Positions 54,403 to 64,000 of a stretch of DNA of 64,000 nucleotides are shown here, one piece after another. The number at the start of each line of letters is the position of its first letter. Positions within the stretch are counted from its first letter, which is position 1. Source of the stretch: Acholeplasmataceae bacterium (GTDB taxonomy: Bacteria; Bacillota_I; Bacilli_A; Acholeplasmatales; Acholeplasmataceae); the NCBI GenBank assembly GCA_963667565.1, contig OY763415.1, positions 1,504,001 to 1,568,000 on the forward strand, written 5' to 3'. A program made the position numbers and the translations under genes. Below the pieces are notes generated by a model. The model searched no databases. It was given only the letters and a program-made list of their open reading frames with translations, and was not told the origin of the DNA.

Positions 54403-54993
54403 ATGAAAAAAGTACCAGTCGGTATATCTGGCCGTCATCTCCATGTAACACGTGAGGATTTAGACACATTATTTGGTAAAGGTTATGAACTCACACCTAT
54501 GAAAGATTTGAGTCAACCTGGACAATACGCTGCAGAAGAAAAAGTAGACGTGATTAGTCCAGCAGGTAAGGAAATCAAAGGTGTACGCATCTTAGGTCCA
54601 GTTAGACCACAATCTCAAGTTGAGATTTCAAAGAGCGACGCTATTAGAGGTAAATTTGTTGCACCAGTACGTTCATCTGGTGATGTCAAAGGCTCAGGTC
54701 CTGCAACATTGGTAGGTCCTAATGGTAAAGTGGAATTAACAGAAGGTGTCATTATTGCTGATAGACACATTCACTTCTCACTTGAAGATGCTGAAGCTTT
54801 TGGTGTCGTAAACGGACAAAAAGTAAGCCTAAAAGTTTCAGGAGAAAAACCTGGGATTTTAGATAATGTTTTATGTCGTGTTAGTCCTAAATATGCCTTA
54901 GATTGTCATTTGGATACAGATGACGGAAGTGCATTTATGTTATCAACAGGCGACGAAGTAGAACTTGTAAAATCTTACACAATTAACGAATAA
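54403..54993 (+). CDS. pduL: PduL-type phosphate acyltransferase
   Basis: SGRHLH, LSQPGQYA, RILGPVR, ADRHIH, HLDTDD. Confidence 0.92.
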   Translation: MKKVPVGISGRHLHVTREDLDTLFGKGYELTPMKDLSQPGQYAAEEKVDVISPAGKEIKGVRILGPVRPQSQVEISKSDAIRGKFVAPVRSSGDVKGSGPATLVGPNGKVELTEGVIIADRHIHFSLEDAEAFGVVNGQKVSLKVSGEKPGILDNVLCRVSPKYALDCHLDTDDGSAFMLSTGDEVELVKSYTINE

Positions 54994-55031
54994 GTGCCTA
55001 TATAGGCACTTTTTTGCCTTCGGAGGTTTAT

Positions 55032-56237
55032 ATGGAAAAACTTGAAAGACAGCAAGTCTTAAAAGATCCAATTTACGGATATATTCATATTGATTATAAA
55101 GTGATTAAGGATGTACTTAATACATCTTTGTTTCAAAGACTTAGAAGAGTAAGACAACTATCTGGTGTTCAGATGGTGTTTCATGGTGCAGAGCATTCAA
55201 GATTTAGTCATTCTCTTGGCGTTTATGAAGTTGCTTATCGCTTTTTAAGTGTTCCTGATATTGATCAAAAATTAAGTGCAAGAGAAAAGGGGTTGTTTTT
55301 AACAACTGCAATGCTTCATGATATTGGCCATGGCGCTTATTCACATGCGTTTGAAGATATTGTTGGCACGAATCATGAACATGTAGGGGCAAGACTTATA
55401 TTAGAACATAAAGAATTAAGAAAAGTTTTAGATTTAGTCGATGAGAATTTTGCATTAGATGTTGCGAACATCTTATTAAAACAAAAGCGATTTCCACTGA
55501 TTGAACAATTAATTTCTTCACAACTCGATGTTGACCGTCTTGACTATTTGGAAAGAGATGCGTATTTTACTGGAACTGCATATGGACATATTGATTTAGA
55601 TCGTATCATTCGTGTATGTCAAATCGTTGATGATAAAATCGTATTTAAAGCAAGTGGTATTGGTGCTATAGAAAATTATTTGATTAGTAGATATCATATG
55701 TATTGGCAAGTTTATTATCATGCAGTTTCTAGAGCATATGAAGTTGTTCTTGAAAAGATTTATCAAAGAGTTAAAAAGTTATGTTTAGAAGGATTTGCAT
55801 TCAAATCTAATATAATTCCACTTAAAAAGGTCATTGAAGACCCTAATGATTTAGAGAACTATTTATTGATCGATGATTATTATATGAATGGATTAATTGC
55901 AAGTTTTATTAATTCAGAAGATCACATATTAAAAAACTTATCCAATGACTTTTTAAATAGACACATATGGGCCTATGTGGATGACGTTAAAGAAAATAAG
56001 AAGACCATTGATGATATCTATAATGGTTTTGATGAAGAAGAAAAAATTTATTATACAGCAAATAAATCGGTTTCTAATTTAACATATGTTGATGGTGGAA
56101 AAAACTTTGGTGATAAAATATATATTCTAAAACCAAATGGAGAAGTAACAACATTAAAAGAAGCATCAGAAATTATTAAAAGTTTAGTTGAATCAGGAAA
56201 ACGTAGTGATCCTAAATTTTTCTATCGTAAATCATGA
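55032..56237 (+). CDS. HD-domain phosphohydrolase (dNTP triphosphohydrolase-like)
   Basis: DPIYG, FQRLRR, HSRFSHSLG, LHDIGHG, DVDRLDYL.RD; start probably ATG 55032. Confidence 0.9.
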   Translation: MEKLERQQVLKDPIYGYIHIDYKVIKDVLNTSLFQRLRRVRQLSGVQMVFHGAEHSRFSHSLGVYEVAYRFLSVPDIDQKLSAREKGLFLTTAMLHDIGHGAYSHAFEDIVGTNHEHVGARLILEHKELRKVLDLVDENFALDVANILLKQKRFPLIEQLISSQLDVDRLDYLERDAYFTGTAYGHIDLDRIIRVCQIVDDKIVFKASGIGAIENYLISRYHMYWQVYYHAVSRAYEVVLEKIYQRVKKLCLEGFAFKSNIIPLKKVIEDPNDLENYLLIDDYYMNGLIASFINSEDHILKNLSNDFLNRHIWAYVDDVKENKKTIDDIYNGFDEEEKIYYTANKSVSNLTYVDGGKNFGDKIYILKPNGEVTTLKEASEIIKSLVESGKRSDPKFFYRKS

Positions 56238-56779
56238 GACCAAAAGTATTTGTCGTTGAAGGGAAAAATGACGCATCAAGACTTTATCAAATTTTAGGTG
56301 ATGTAGAAATTGTGACTACAAATGGTAGTGAAACGAGCAAGGAAACTATTGACTTATTAAAAGCGTTAGATGAAACACATGATTTAATTTTATTTTTAGA
56401 TCCAGATTATCCAGGAAACAAAATTAGATCAATGCTTGAGCAAGAACTTACACACGTAGCTCATGCACATATCTTAAAAAAAGATGGAATTTCTAAAAAT
56501 AAGAAAAAAGTAGGTATTGAACACGCAGATAAAGAAGTCATTTTAGAAGCTTTATCTCATATCATGTATCAAAATCAAAAAGTGCGTAGCGATATAGAAG
56601 CCTATGATTTATTTGAATTAAAACTTATTGGTCATCAAATGAGTAAAACTTTAAGGTTAGAAGTCGCACAAAAGATGCATCTTGGCCATGTTAATGGTAA
56701 AACATTATTGTATAGATTGCATATGTTTGGATATATGAAGAAAGATTTAATTGAGGTCGTACATGCAACATCAAGCTAA
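56234..56779 (+). CDS. rnmV: Ribonuclease M5
   Basis: VVEGKND, DPDYPG..IR, GIEHA; directly before rsmA. Confidence 0.92.
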   Translation: MRPKVFVVEGKNDASRLYQILGDVEIVTTNGSETSKETIDLLKALDETHDLILFLDPDYPGNKIRSMLEQELTHVAHAHILKKDGISKNKKKVGIEHADKEVILEALSHIMYQNQKVRSDIEAYDLFELKLIGHQMSKTLRLEVAQKMHLGHVNGKTLLYRLHMFGYMKKDLIEVVHATSS

Positions 56780-57548
56780 AAAAAGATATGGACAAAACTT
56801 TTTAAAAGACAAAAATCTATTAGATAAGATTGTCCGACTGTCACAAATTAAAGATCAACACGTGATTGAGATAGGGCCAGGGCAAGGTGCTTTGACCTCT
56901 TTTTTGGTTAAATATGCTAAAGATGTTAAAGCATATGAAATCGATACTTCTTTAAAGAAGTTTTTAAAGCCCTTAGAGACAACAAATCAAAATCTAGAAA
57001 TCATTTATGGTGATTTCATGGAAGCACAACTTGTATTACAAGAAGAGACTCATGTGGTTGCTAATGTACCATATTACATTACAACACCTATCATTTTTAA
57101 ATTTTTAGAAACACCCTTGTTAAAATCAGCAACAATGATGATTCAAAAAGAAGTAGCAGAACGTTTAAACGCTAAACCCAATCAAAAAGCATACAATAGT
57201 TTATCTGTTTTAATCCAATATTATACACACATTGAAAAACTTATGGATGTCAAAAGACATATGTTTACCCCAGTTCCCAATGTGGATAGTATCGTGATTA
57301 GAATGGTTAAAAGAGATGATGCTTTGCTATCAAAAGCTGAAGAAATCAAATTTGTATCACTGGTTAAAACGGCATTTACTCAAAAGCGAAAAACACTTGT
57401 TAATAATTTATCTTTAATTAAAGATACACATAAACAAGATATTATAGATTATTTAAAAACACTTGGTTTTGATGAACGGATCAGAGCTGAGCAATTATCC
57501 ATCCAGGATTTCATAACTTTATCTAAGGGGTGGACATATGGTTATTGA
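56763..57548 (+). CDS. rsmA: 16S rRNA dimethyltransferase RsmA/KsgA
   Basis: GQNFL, EIGPGQGALT, NVPYYIT, QKEVAERL, F.P.PNVDS. Confidence 0.96.
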   Translation: MQHQAKKRYGQNFLKDKNLLDKIVRLSQIKDQHVIEIGPGQGALTSFLVKYAKDVKAYEIDTSLKKFLKPLETTNQNLEIIYGDFMEAQLVLQEETHVVANVPYYITTPIIFKFLETPLLKSATMMIQKEVAERLNAKPNQKAYNSLSVLIQYYTHIEKLMDVKRHMFTPVPNVDSIVIRMVKRDDALLSKAEEIKFVSLVKTAFTQKRKTLVNNLSLIKDTHKQDIIDYLKTLGFDERIRAEQLSIQDFITLSKGWTYGY

Positions 57549-58359
57549 AAAGGCATATGCGAAAATCAATTTAGCATTAGAAGTTGTTAAGAAAAGAGAA
57601 GATGGATTTCATGAACTTAAAATGATTATGTTACCACTAGAGCTTCACGATACATTAACCTTTGAATTGTCTGATCACGTAGAATTGGTTTCAAATATAG
57701 ATATTAAAAACAACGCTATTTTAAAAACTGTAGCATATATGCAACAAAAATATCATATTAATGAGAATGTTAAAATCACACTGGATAAGCGTATTCCAAT
57801 AGGTGCAGGTCTTGGTGGTGGTTCAGCTGATATATCTGCAACCATAAGAGGGCTAAATACGCTTTTTGGATTGAACAAAACACTTTTTGAGCTTGAAGAA
57901 GATGCGAATGCATTAGGATCTGATACACTCTTTTGTTTATATAATAAACCAGCATATGTGTATGGCAGAGGTGATAAAATAGAGTTCTTAAATCAAGTGC
58001 CGATTACGGATATTTACTTATTTAATCCAGGTATTGAAATATCAACAAAGGAAGTATTTTTAAACCATAAAATAGAAGAAAAAACACGCGATTTTTCCAA
58101 ATTATTAGAGGATTATAAGAATGAAAACTTGGAAGGTTTCTTCAAAAACACATATAATGATTTACATAAAACTGCAATTTTGATATCAAAAGAGTTAGAA
58201 AAATACGAAAAAAACATAAAAAAAGTGAGTAAAAACGCATACATGAGTGGGAGTGGTTCTACCTATTTTTTCGCAGATTTCAAAGGAAACATTACCAATT
58301 TTGATGAAAAAACGGCTAAAATTAAACTAAAATACATAAAAACCAAGCCAAAAAATTGA
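57538..58359 (+). CDS. ispE: 4-diphosphocytidyl-2-C-methyl-D-erythritol kinase
   Basis: AKINLAL, KRIPIGAGLGGGSAD, LGSD, MSGSGST. Confidence 0.93.
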   Translation: MVIEKAYAKINLALEVVKKREDGFHELKMIMLPLELHDTLTFELSDHVELVSNIDIKNNAILKTVAYMQQKYHINENVKITLDKRIPIGAGLGGGSADISATIRGLNTLFGLNKTLFELEEDANALGSDTLFCLYNKPAYVYGRGDKIEFLNQVPITDIYLFNPGIEISTKEVFLNHKIEEKTRDFSKLLEDYKNENLEGFFKNTYNDLHKTAILISKELEKYEKNIKKVSKNAYMSGSGSTYFFADFKGNITNFDEKTAKIKLKYIKTKPKN

Positions 58360-58438
58360 AAAATCTTTAATAATATAGGCCAATATGCTATAATTTAGGT
58401 AGTTAGACAAAACAATTTTTAGCGTCTTGGAGGGCCAA

Positions 58439-58717
58439 ATGAAAATTACAGATGTTAGAGTGAAAATCGTGAACAGCGATAGTAGATTAAGGGGAGTGGC
58501 TACGATTACTTTTGATGAAAGTTTCGTCGTCCATGATATTAGAATTATTGAAGGTGAAAACGGATTGTTTGTTGCAATGCCAAGTAAAAAAACACCAAAT
58601 GGGACATTTAGAGATATAGCACATCCAATTCATGGTGATATGCGTAAATCAATTGAAGATGCAATTGCTGCTGAGTATAAAGAAGAATTAAAGAGACCAG
58701 TTAGCGAAGAAGCATAA
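58439..58717 (+). CDS. spoVG: SpoVG family regulator
   Basis: [31 protein letters not shown]. Confidence 0.95.
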   Translation: MKITDVRVKIVNSDSRLRGVATITFDESFVVHDIRIIEGENGLFVAMPSKKTPNGTFRDIAHPIHGDMRKSIEDAIAAEYKEELKRPVSEEA

Positions 58718-58850
58718 TTAAAGTGTTCATACATAAGCTCTTTTTAAAAGGGCTTTTTATTTTGTAAAAACGTTATTTCTTTTGTTGTTTGGCATTTAAA
58801 ATATTACAAAATCATGTATAATAATATTAGAAATATTAAGGGGTGCACTT

Positions 58851-59831
58851 ATGTCAGTCGTATACGGTAAAAAAATTAAATTATTTGCTTTAAGCTCGAA
58901 TAAGCAATTAGCTGAAGAAGTTTCTAAAGCATCAGGTATTGAAATTAGTAATGTTGATGTATTAAGATTTGCTGATGGTGAAATTTCAGTAAACATCGAA
59001 CACAGTGTTCGTGGGCATGATGTTTTTGTGATTCAATCCACATCAAGTCCTGCTAATGATCATATTATGGAACTCTTAGTTTTTGCAGATGCAGTTAAAA
59101 GAGCATCAGCAAAATCAGTGACAGTTCTTATGCCATATTATGGTTATTCAAGACAAGATAGAAAATCAAAATCTAGACAACCTATCACTGCTAAATTGAT
59201 TGCGGATATGCTAGAAGTTGCGGGTATTGATCGTCTTATTTGTATTGATTTACATGCAGCACAAATTCAAGGATTCTTTAATATCCCAATTGATAACTTT
59301 CCTGCAGGACCACTGTTAGCAGATTATTTTGTGCACCAAAAGAAATTAAAAGATATTGTTGTTGTTTCACCCGACCACGGTGGTGTTACACGTGCAAGAA
59401 GATTTGCTAAAACGTTTGATGCACCACTTGCGATTATCGATAAGAGAAGACCAGAACCAAATAAAGCAGAAGTTCAAAACATCATCGGTAATGTTGAAGG
59501 CAAAATTGCGATTATGATTGATGATATTATTGATACCGCAGGTACGCTTATTGCTGGAGCTCAAGCTTTAATTGACGCAGGTGCAAAAGCGGTTTATGCT
59601 GCTGCAACTCATCCTGTATTTTCTAGCAATGCTGTTGAAAGAATTGAGAATTCAGTGATTTCAGAAGTTGTTGTTACGGATACAATTTCAATGGATCCAC
59701 ATATTAAATCAACTAAGATTAAACAAGTATCTATTGGACCATTATTAGGACAATCCATTTTACACGTTATCAAAGATGAACCGATTAGCCAAATCTTTGA
59801 TCAAATTCAACACGAAGAGGATAATAGATGA
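58851..59831 (+). CDS. prs: Ribose-phosphate pyrophosphokinase
   Basis: FADGE, YSRQDRK, DLHA.QIQGFF, DDIIDTAGT. Confidence 0.97.
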   Translation: MSVVYGKKIKLFALSSNKQLAEEVSKASGIEISNVDVLRFADGEISVNIEHSVRGHDVFVIQSTSSPANDHIMELLVFADAVKRASAKSVTVLMPYYGYSRQDRKSKSRQPITAKLIADMLEVAGIDRLICIDLHAAQIQGFFNIPIDNFPAGPLLADYFVHQKKLKDIVVVSPDHGGVTRARRFAKTFDAPLAIIDKRRPEPNKAEVQNIIGNVEGKIAIMIDDIIDTAGTLIAGAQALIDAGAKAVYAAATHPVFSSNAVERIENSVISEVVVTDTISMDPHIKSTKIKQVSIGPLLGQSILHVIKDEPISQIFDQIQHEEDNR

Positions 59832-60397
59832 TATTGTTTGTAGGTTTAGGTAATCCAGGCAAAAAATATGAATTCACAAGACATAATGTTGGATTCATGA
59901 TGCTTGATACCTTCGCAAATAGAAACCAACTAATATTTAAATATGAATCAAAATTTGATGCTGAAATTGTGATATTTAATCAAAATAACCAAAAAATTAT
60001 GTTGTGTAAACCTTCTACTTTCATGAACTTATCAGGTGACGCTTTGGTTAAAGTCATCAATTATTATCAAATCGACATAAGTGATGTCTACGTGTTTGTA
60101 GATGATATTAACTTAGAAGTAGGAAAACTTCGCCTTCGCGAAAAAGGTGGTCATGGTGGACACAACGGACTAAGAGATATCATTTTAAAAACAAGCACCA
60201 ATGATTTTAAACGCATCAGAATTGGTATCGGAGAGAACACATCTAAAAGATTAGATCACTATGTATTAGGTGAATTTTCAAAAGATGAACTCATAACGAT
60301 TAAACTTTCAGCTGATCAATGTGTTGAACTTATGAATGAAGTGATACAAGGCAAAAGTTATTTGGATATCATGACGAAATTTAACACCCAAACATAA
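59828..60397 (+). CDS. pth: Peptidyl-tRNA hydrolase
   Basis: GLGNPG, TRHNVGF, FMNLSG, GGHNGL. Confidence 0.96.
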   Translation: MILFVGLGNPGKKYEFTRHNVGFMMLDTFANRNQLIFKYESKFDAEIVIFNQNNQKIMLCKPSTFMNLSGDALVKVINYYQIDISDVYVFVDDINLEVGKLRLREKGGHGGHNGLRDIILKTSTNDFKRIRIGIGENTSKRLDHYVLGEFSKDELITIKLSADQCVELMNEVIQGKSYLDIMTKFNTQT

Positions 60398-60427
60398 GTT
60401 TGGGTTTTCATATCTTTTGGAGGCATT

Positions 60428-63400
60428 ATGCTTGAGTTATTACAGTTGCATCCTGGCTTTAAAGAAAATAATAAAACAGTTTATTTAAAGCATAGCCACG
60501 ATATTTACGACGTATATATGTTATCTAAGTTGTTTCATGAAGTTCATGAAACAATTTTTGTCGTCCTACCCAATTTATATGAAGCACAAAAATATTATGA
60601 TTTATTTAATCAAATCAATGATTATGATGACGTCTTATTTTATCCAGCTGATGAAACACTCACCTACATGATGGCTTTAGGGAGTCCTGAATTTAGAAGT
60701 GAACGTTTATATACTTTAAAACAATTGATGACAGGCAAACCTTATATTGTTGTTTTAACGACACAAGGATTATCACAACGACAATTAACACCTAAAGATC
60801 ATTTAAACAGTGTCAAGTTACTTGAAAAAAACCAAGTAACCTCACTTGAAGAGCTTGTAAGATTTTTGGTCTATAGTGGATATAAAAAAGTCTATACTGT
60901 TGAAAAACCTGGTGAATTTAGTGTAAGAGGACATATCGTAGATGTGTACTCACTGAACTATGAACACCCGTTTAGACTTGACTTCTTTGGCGATGAAATT
61001 GATCAAATTAAATTTTTTCAAGTTGATACACAAAGAAGTTTCTTACCGATTGAACATATAGAGATTGCACCTATGCATGAACTTTTTTATACAGATGAAA
61101 TGAAGGAAAAAGCACTTAAGAAAATCGCTAAATTTTTTAGCAACTTCAATTTATCTGAACGAGAAAAACAAAAATATGATGAAGATATCAATCATATTGA
61201 AGAAAGAAACCAATTAGATGGTATGGGTATGTATATCCCATTTTTCAATGAAGAAAAAAGCAATTTATTAAGTTTCTCCAAACAATATCGTTTGTTTTAC
61301 ATAGATGTTGAAAAAATGTTGTTTAATCAAGATCAAATCAAAGAAGATTTAGAAACTTATGCAATTACTATGAATGGACGTGCCTTTTTAAATATTGACT
61401 TTAAGATTCCATTTAATGAATTAATCACATATAAACATACTGAAATTAATCATTTAGGATTTAATGATGATAAAAGTATTGATTTAAACATTAGTAAGAT
61501 CAATGAATATCAAGGTAATCTTTCTTTGTTCTATCATGATATGGTGACATATAAAAATGATTATCGCATTTTTATATTTGCTAAAACTCAAACGTATCGT
61601 TTAGAGCTTTTGTCGTTTCTAAAAGATAAAGGAGAAAGAGTTTATCAAAGTGTAGGACAAGAAAATGGATTTTATGTCTTAGATGAAGAAGGACATGGGT
61701 CTTTTATTGCTCATAGTGAAAAAATTATATTATTAGATGAGATACAAATATTTACTAAACGCATCAGAGCAGCGATTAAGTATCGAAGTGTACTTAATCA
61801 ATCTACAAAGATTAGAACAACGGATGACCTACAAGTAGGCGACTATATTGTTCATTACGATTATGGTATTGGGCGTTACGTTGGATTAAAAACCATGGAT
61901 TTAAGTGGGGAAAAAAGAGATTATCTGCATATCATTTATGCAGGAGAAGAATCTTTATATGTACCTATGGATCAAATTGATATGGTATTAAAATATGCAT
62001 CACAAGATGGTGTGACACCTAAATTATCAAAAATGGGTGGCAAAACATGGTCTAAAACAAAAGCAAGCGTACGTATGAAAATAAAAGATTTAAGTGACCG
62101 CTTGATAAAATTATACGCAACAAGAGAACATACAAAAGGATTTGAATTTGGTAAGGATAGTGACATGCAAAAAAGTTTTGAAAGAGACTTTTTATATGAA
62201 CCCACAAAAGATCAAGTCAAAGCAATCATCGAAACCAAACACGACATGGAAACAGATAAACCGATGGATAGACTTATTTGTGGTGATGTAGGATTTGGTA
62301 AAACAGAGGTTGCTATGCGTGCGGCATTTAAAGCAGTGGTTAATCAAAAACAAGTGCTATATTTAGTACCAACTACAGTTTTAGCAAGACAACACTTTTA
62401 TACATTTAAGGATCGCTTTGAAAAGTATGGTGCAAACATTGCTTTAATGAGTAGATTCGTCACGACTAAGCAACAAAACGAAACATTAAAAAAATTAGAA
62501 AAGGGATATGTTGATGTTGTTATTGGAACACATCGCTTATTGTCAAAAGACATTAAATTTAAAGATCTTGGTTTATTAATCATCGATGAAGAGCAAAGAT
62601 TTGGTGTTGAACATAAAGAACGCATTAGAGAAATTAGAGAAAATGTTGATACACTTACATTAAGTGCAACACCCATCCCTAGAACATTACAAATGTCACT
62701 TTTAGGCTTAAAAGATTTATCAATGATTGAAACACCTCCAATGAATCGTTATCCAGTTCAAACCTATGTGGTTGAAAGACATGATGCACTGATAAAAGAA
62801 GCAATCATGAGAGAGATTTCAAGAGGTGGACAAATATTTTATTTATTTAATCGTGTTCAAGGTATGGAGGGCATGGTTAGACGCTTAGAAAAACTGGTTC
62901 CAGAAGCTAAAATTGGATATGCGCATGGAAAAATGAATAGAGAAGAATTAGAATCAACATTAAGTGATTTTATTGAACACCAATTTGATGTGCTTGTCTC
63001 AACAACCATTATTGAAACAGGCGTTGATATTCCAAACACAAATACATTGATTATCCACGATGCAGATAAACTCGGATTATCACAACTTTATCAAATTAGA
63101 GGACGTGTTGGACGTTCTGATCGTATTGCGTATGCCTATCTTTTATATGATGGACATAAAGAAATTAATGATGAAGCTAAAAAGAGACTTACTGCCATCA
63201 AAGATTTTACTGCGCTAGGTAGTGGATATAAGATTGCGCTTAGAGATTTGTCCATTAGAGGTGCCGGTGATATTTTAGGTGCTGAACAATCTGGATTTAT
63301 TGATAGTGTTGGTGTAGAACTTTATATGAAGCTCCTAGAAGAAGCAGTTACAGGTGTGACCATGGATGAGCAGAGACCAACTCAAATTGATGAAGTGTTT

Positions 63401-63838
63401 GCTCCAAGACATGTGGACCAAAATTATGTATCTGAAGATGCAGCGAGAATTGAGATTCATAAACGTATTAGTGAATTAAACCATATTTCGGATGTTAATG
63501 ATTTAAAAGACGAACTTACAGATAGATATGGCGCTTTAGATAGAGATTTGTTATTATATATGTATGAAAAATTATTTAAAAAACTTGCGTTTAAACTTGG
63601 GGTTCAAAAAACCATGGTTGCAGCACATACTGTAACATTACAATTAACACAAGAAGCTTCGCAAACACAAAATGGACAAGCACTCTTTAGAAAAGCAAGT
63701 GCATTTATGCCACGCATCGAATTAAAATATGAAAGAAGACATATTTATTTGACAATGGACACTAAAAATACTAACCAACATTGGTTATATTTATATGCTA
63801 AATTTTTAGACGAATATTTAAACGAAGGAGTCGTATAA
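60428..63838 (+). CDS. mfd: Transcription-repair coupling factor
   Basis: UvrB-like N-terminus, CarD-like domain (VHYDYGIG), GDVGFGKT, DEEQRFG, QIRGRVGR, TRG motif. Confidence 0.97.
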   Translation: MLELLQLHPGFKENNKTVYLKHSHDIYDVYMLSKLFHEVHETIFVVLPNLYEAQKYYDLFNQINDYDDVLFYPADETLTYMMALGSPEFRSERLYTLKQLMTGKPYIVVLTTQGLSQRQLTPKDHLNSVKLLEKNQVTSLEELVRFLVYSGYKKVYTVEKPGEFSVRGHIVDVYSLNYEHPFRLDFFGDEIDQIKFFQVDTQRSFLPIEHIEIAPMHELFYTDEMKEKALKKIAKFFSNFNLSEREKQKYDEDINHIEERNQLDGMGMYIPFFNEEKSNLLSFSKQYRLFYIDVEKMLFNQDQIKEDLETYAITMNGRAFLNIDFKIPFNELITYKHTEINHLGFNDDKSIDLNISKINEYQGNLSLFYHDMVTYKNDYRIFIFAKTQTYRLELLSFLKDKGERVYQSVGQENGFYVLDEEGHGSFIAHSEKIILLDEIQIFTKRIRAAIKYRSVLNQSTKIRTTDDLQVGDYIVHYDYGIGRYVGLKTMDLSGEKRDYLHIIYAGEESLYVPMDQIDMVLKYASQDGVTPKLSKMGGKTWSKTKASVRMKIKDLSDRLIKLYATREHTKGFEFGKDSDMQKSFERDFLYEPTKDQVKAIIETKHDMETDKPMDRLICGDVGFGKTEVAMRAAFKAVVNQKQVLYLVPTTVLARQHFYTFKDRFEKYGANIALMSRFVTTKQQNETLKKLEKGYVDVVIGTHRLLSKDIKFKDLGLLIIDEEQRFGVEHKERIREIRENVDTLTLSATPIPRTLQMSLLGLKDLSMIETPPMNRYPVQTYVVERHDALIKEAIMREISRGGQIFYLFNRVQGMEGMVRRLEKLVPEAKIGYAHGKMNREELESTLSDFIEHQFDVLVSTTIIETGVDIPNTNTLIIHDADKLGLSQLYQIRGRVGRSDRIAYAYLLYDGHKEINDEAKKRLTAIKDFTALGSGYKIALRDLSIRGAGDILGAEQSGFIDSVGVELYMKLLEEAVTGVTMDEQRPTQIDEVFAPRHVDQNYVSEDAARIEIHKRISELNHISDVNDLKDELTDRYGALDRDLLLYMYEKLFKKLAFKLGVQKTMVAAHTVTLQLTQEASQTQNGQALFRKASAFMPRIELKYERRHIYLTMDTKNTNQHWLYLYAKFLDEYLNEGVV

Positions 63839-63842
63839 ATTT

Positions 63843-64000
63843 ATGATGATCGATATTTTACAATTATCAGAAGAAGCTCAAAGAAAGAAACATACTAACC
63901 CTAAAGTGATTAACGCAACCGCAGGTATGTATTTTGATGAAGAAGGGCGTGTTGGCGGTATGCCTTCAGTCTTTAAAGGTTTAAAAACATTTAATGAAGA
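63843..64000 (+). CDS. Probable class I/II aminotransferase (N-terminal fragment)
   Basis: AAGGAG RBS; MMIDILQLSEEAQRKK...VINATAGMYFDEEG, open to the window edge. Confidence 0.6.
   Translation, partial: MMIDILQLSEEAQRKKHTNPKVINATAGMYFDEEGRVGGMPSVFKGLKTFNE

Noticed and set aside
59384..59399. parS-like TGTTACACGTGCAAGA in prs
   Set aside because: Two mismatches, and explained by the conserved GGVTRAR codons

Overview
AT-rich chromosomal window containing the replication origin of a bacterium that is most likely an Acholeplasmatales-type mollicute or close relative. This is inferred from the Firmicute-like genes (rpoE, spoVG, T-boxes), the absence of glmU from the ispE-spoVG-prs-pth-mfd block, and the use of TGA as a stop codon (code 11). 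Genes left of ~29.8 kb run on the minus strand and most genes to the right run on the plus strand, switching at the DnaA-box cluster between rpmH and dnaA. Core genes: pyrG (partial), rpoE, recR-ybaB-dnaX, mnmE, asnS, jag-yidC-rnpA-rpmH, dnaA-dnaN-yaaA-recF-gyrB-gyrA, serS, rnmV-rsmA-ispE-spoVG-prs-pth-mfd. The main accessory feature is a ~10.5 kb candidate extracellular nucleic-acid capture, degradation and import locus (12.7-23.2 kb). It encodes a CUT1 ABC importer with a coiled-coil-inserted ATPase, a 954-aa Ig/OB-fold/lamin-tail lipoprotein with no visible catalytic domain, and a lamin-tail/thermonuclease lipoprotein, behind tandem promoters, a cre-like operator and a 25-codon leader ORF. 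Other notable items are a GalK pseudo-kinase, a consensus parS inside a gene, an Ig-domain YidC, a three-operator switch next to a leaderless membrane-bound XRE regulator, an LtaS/UppP/DUF368/GalU surface-glycan cluster, and a non-canonical pyrG attenuator. No rRNA, tRNA, CRISPR array or mobile element was seen. All calls come from motif recognition by eye; no database searches were run.
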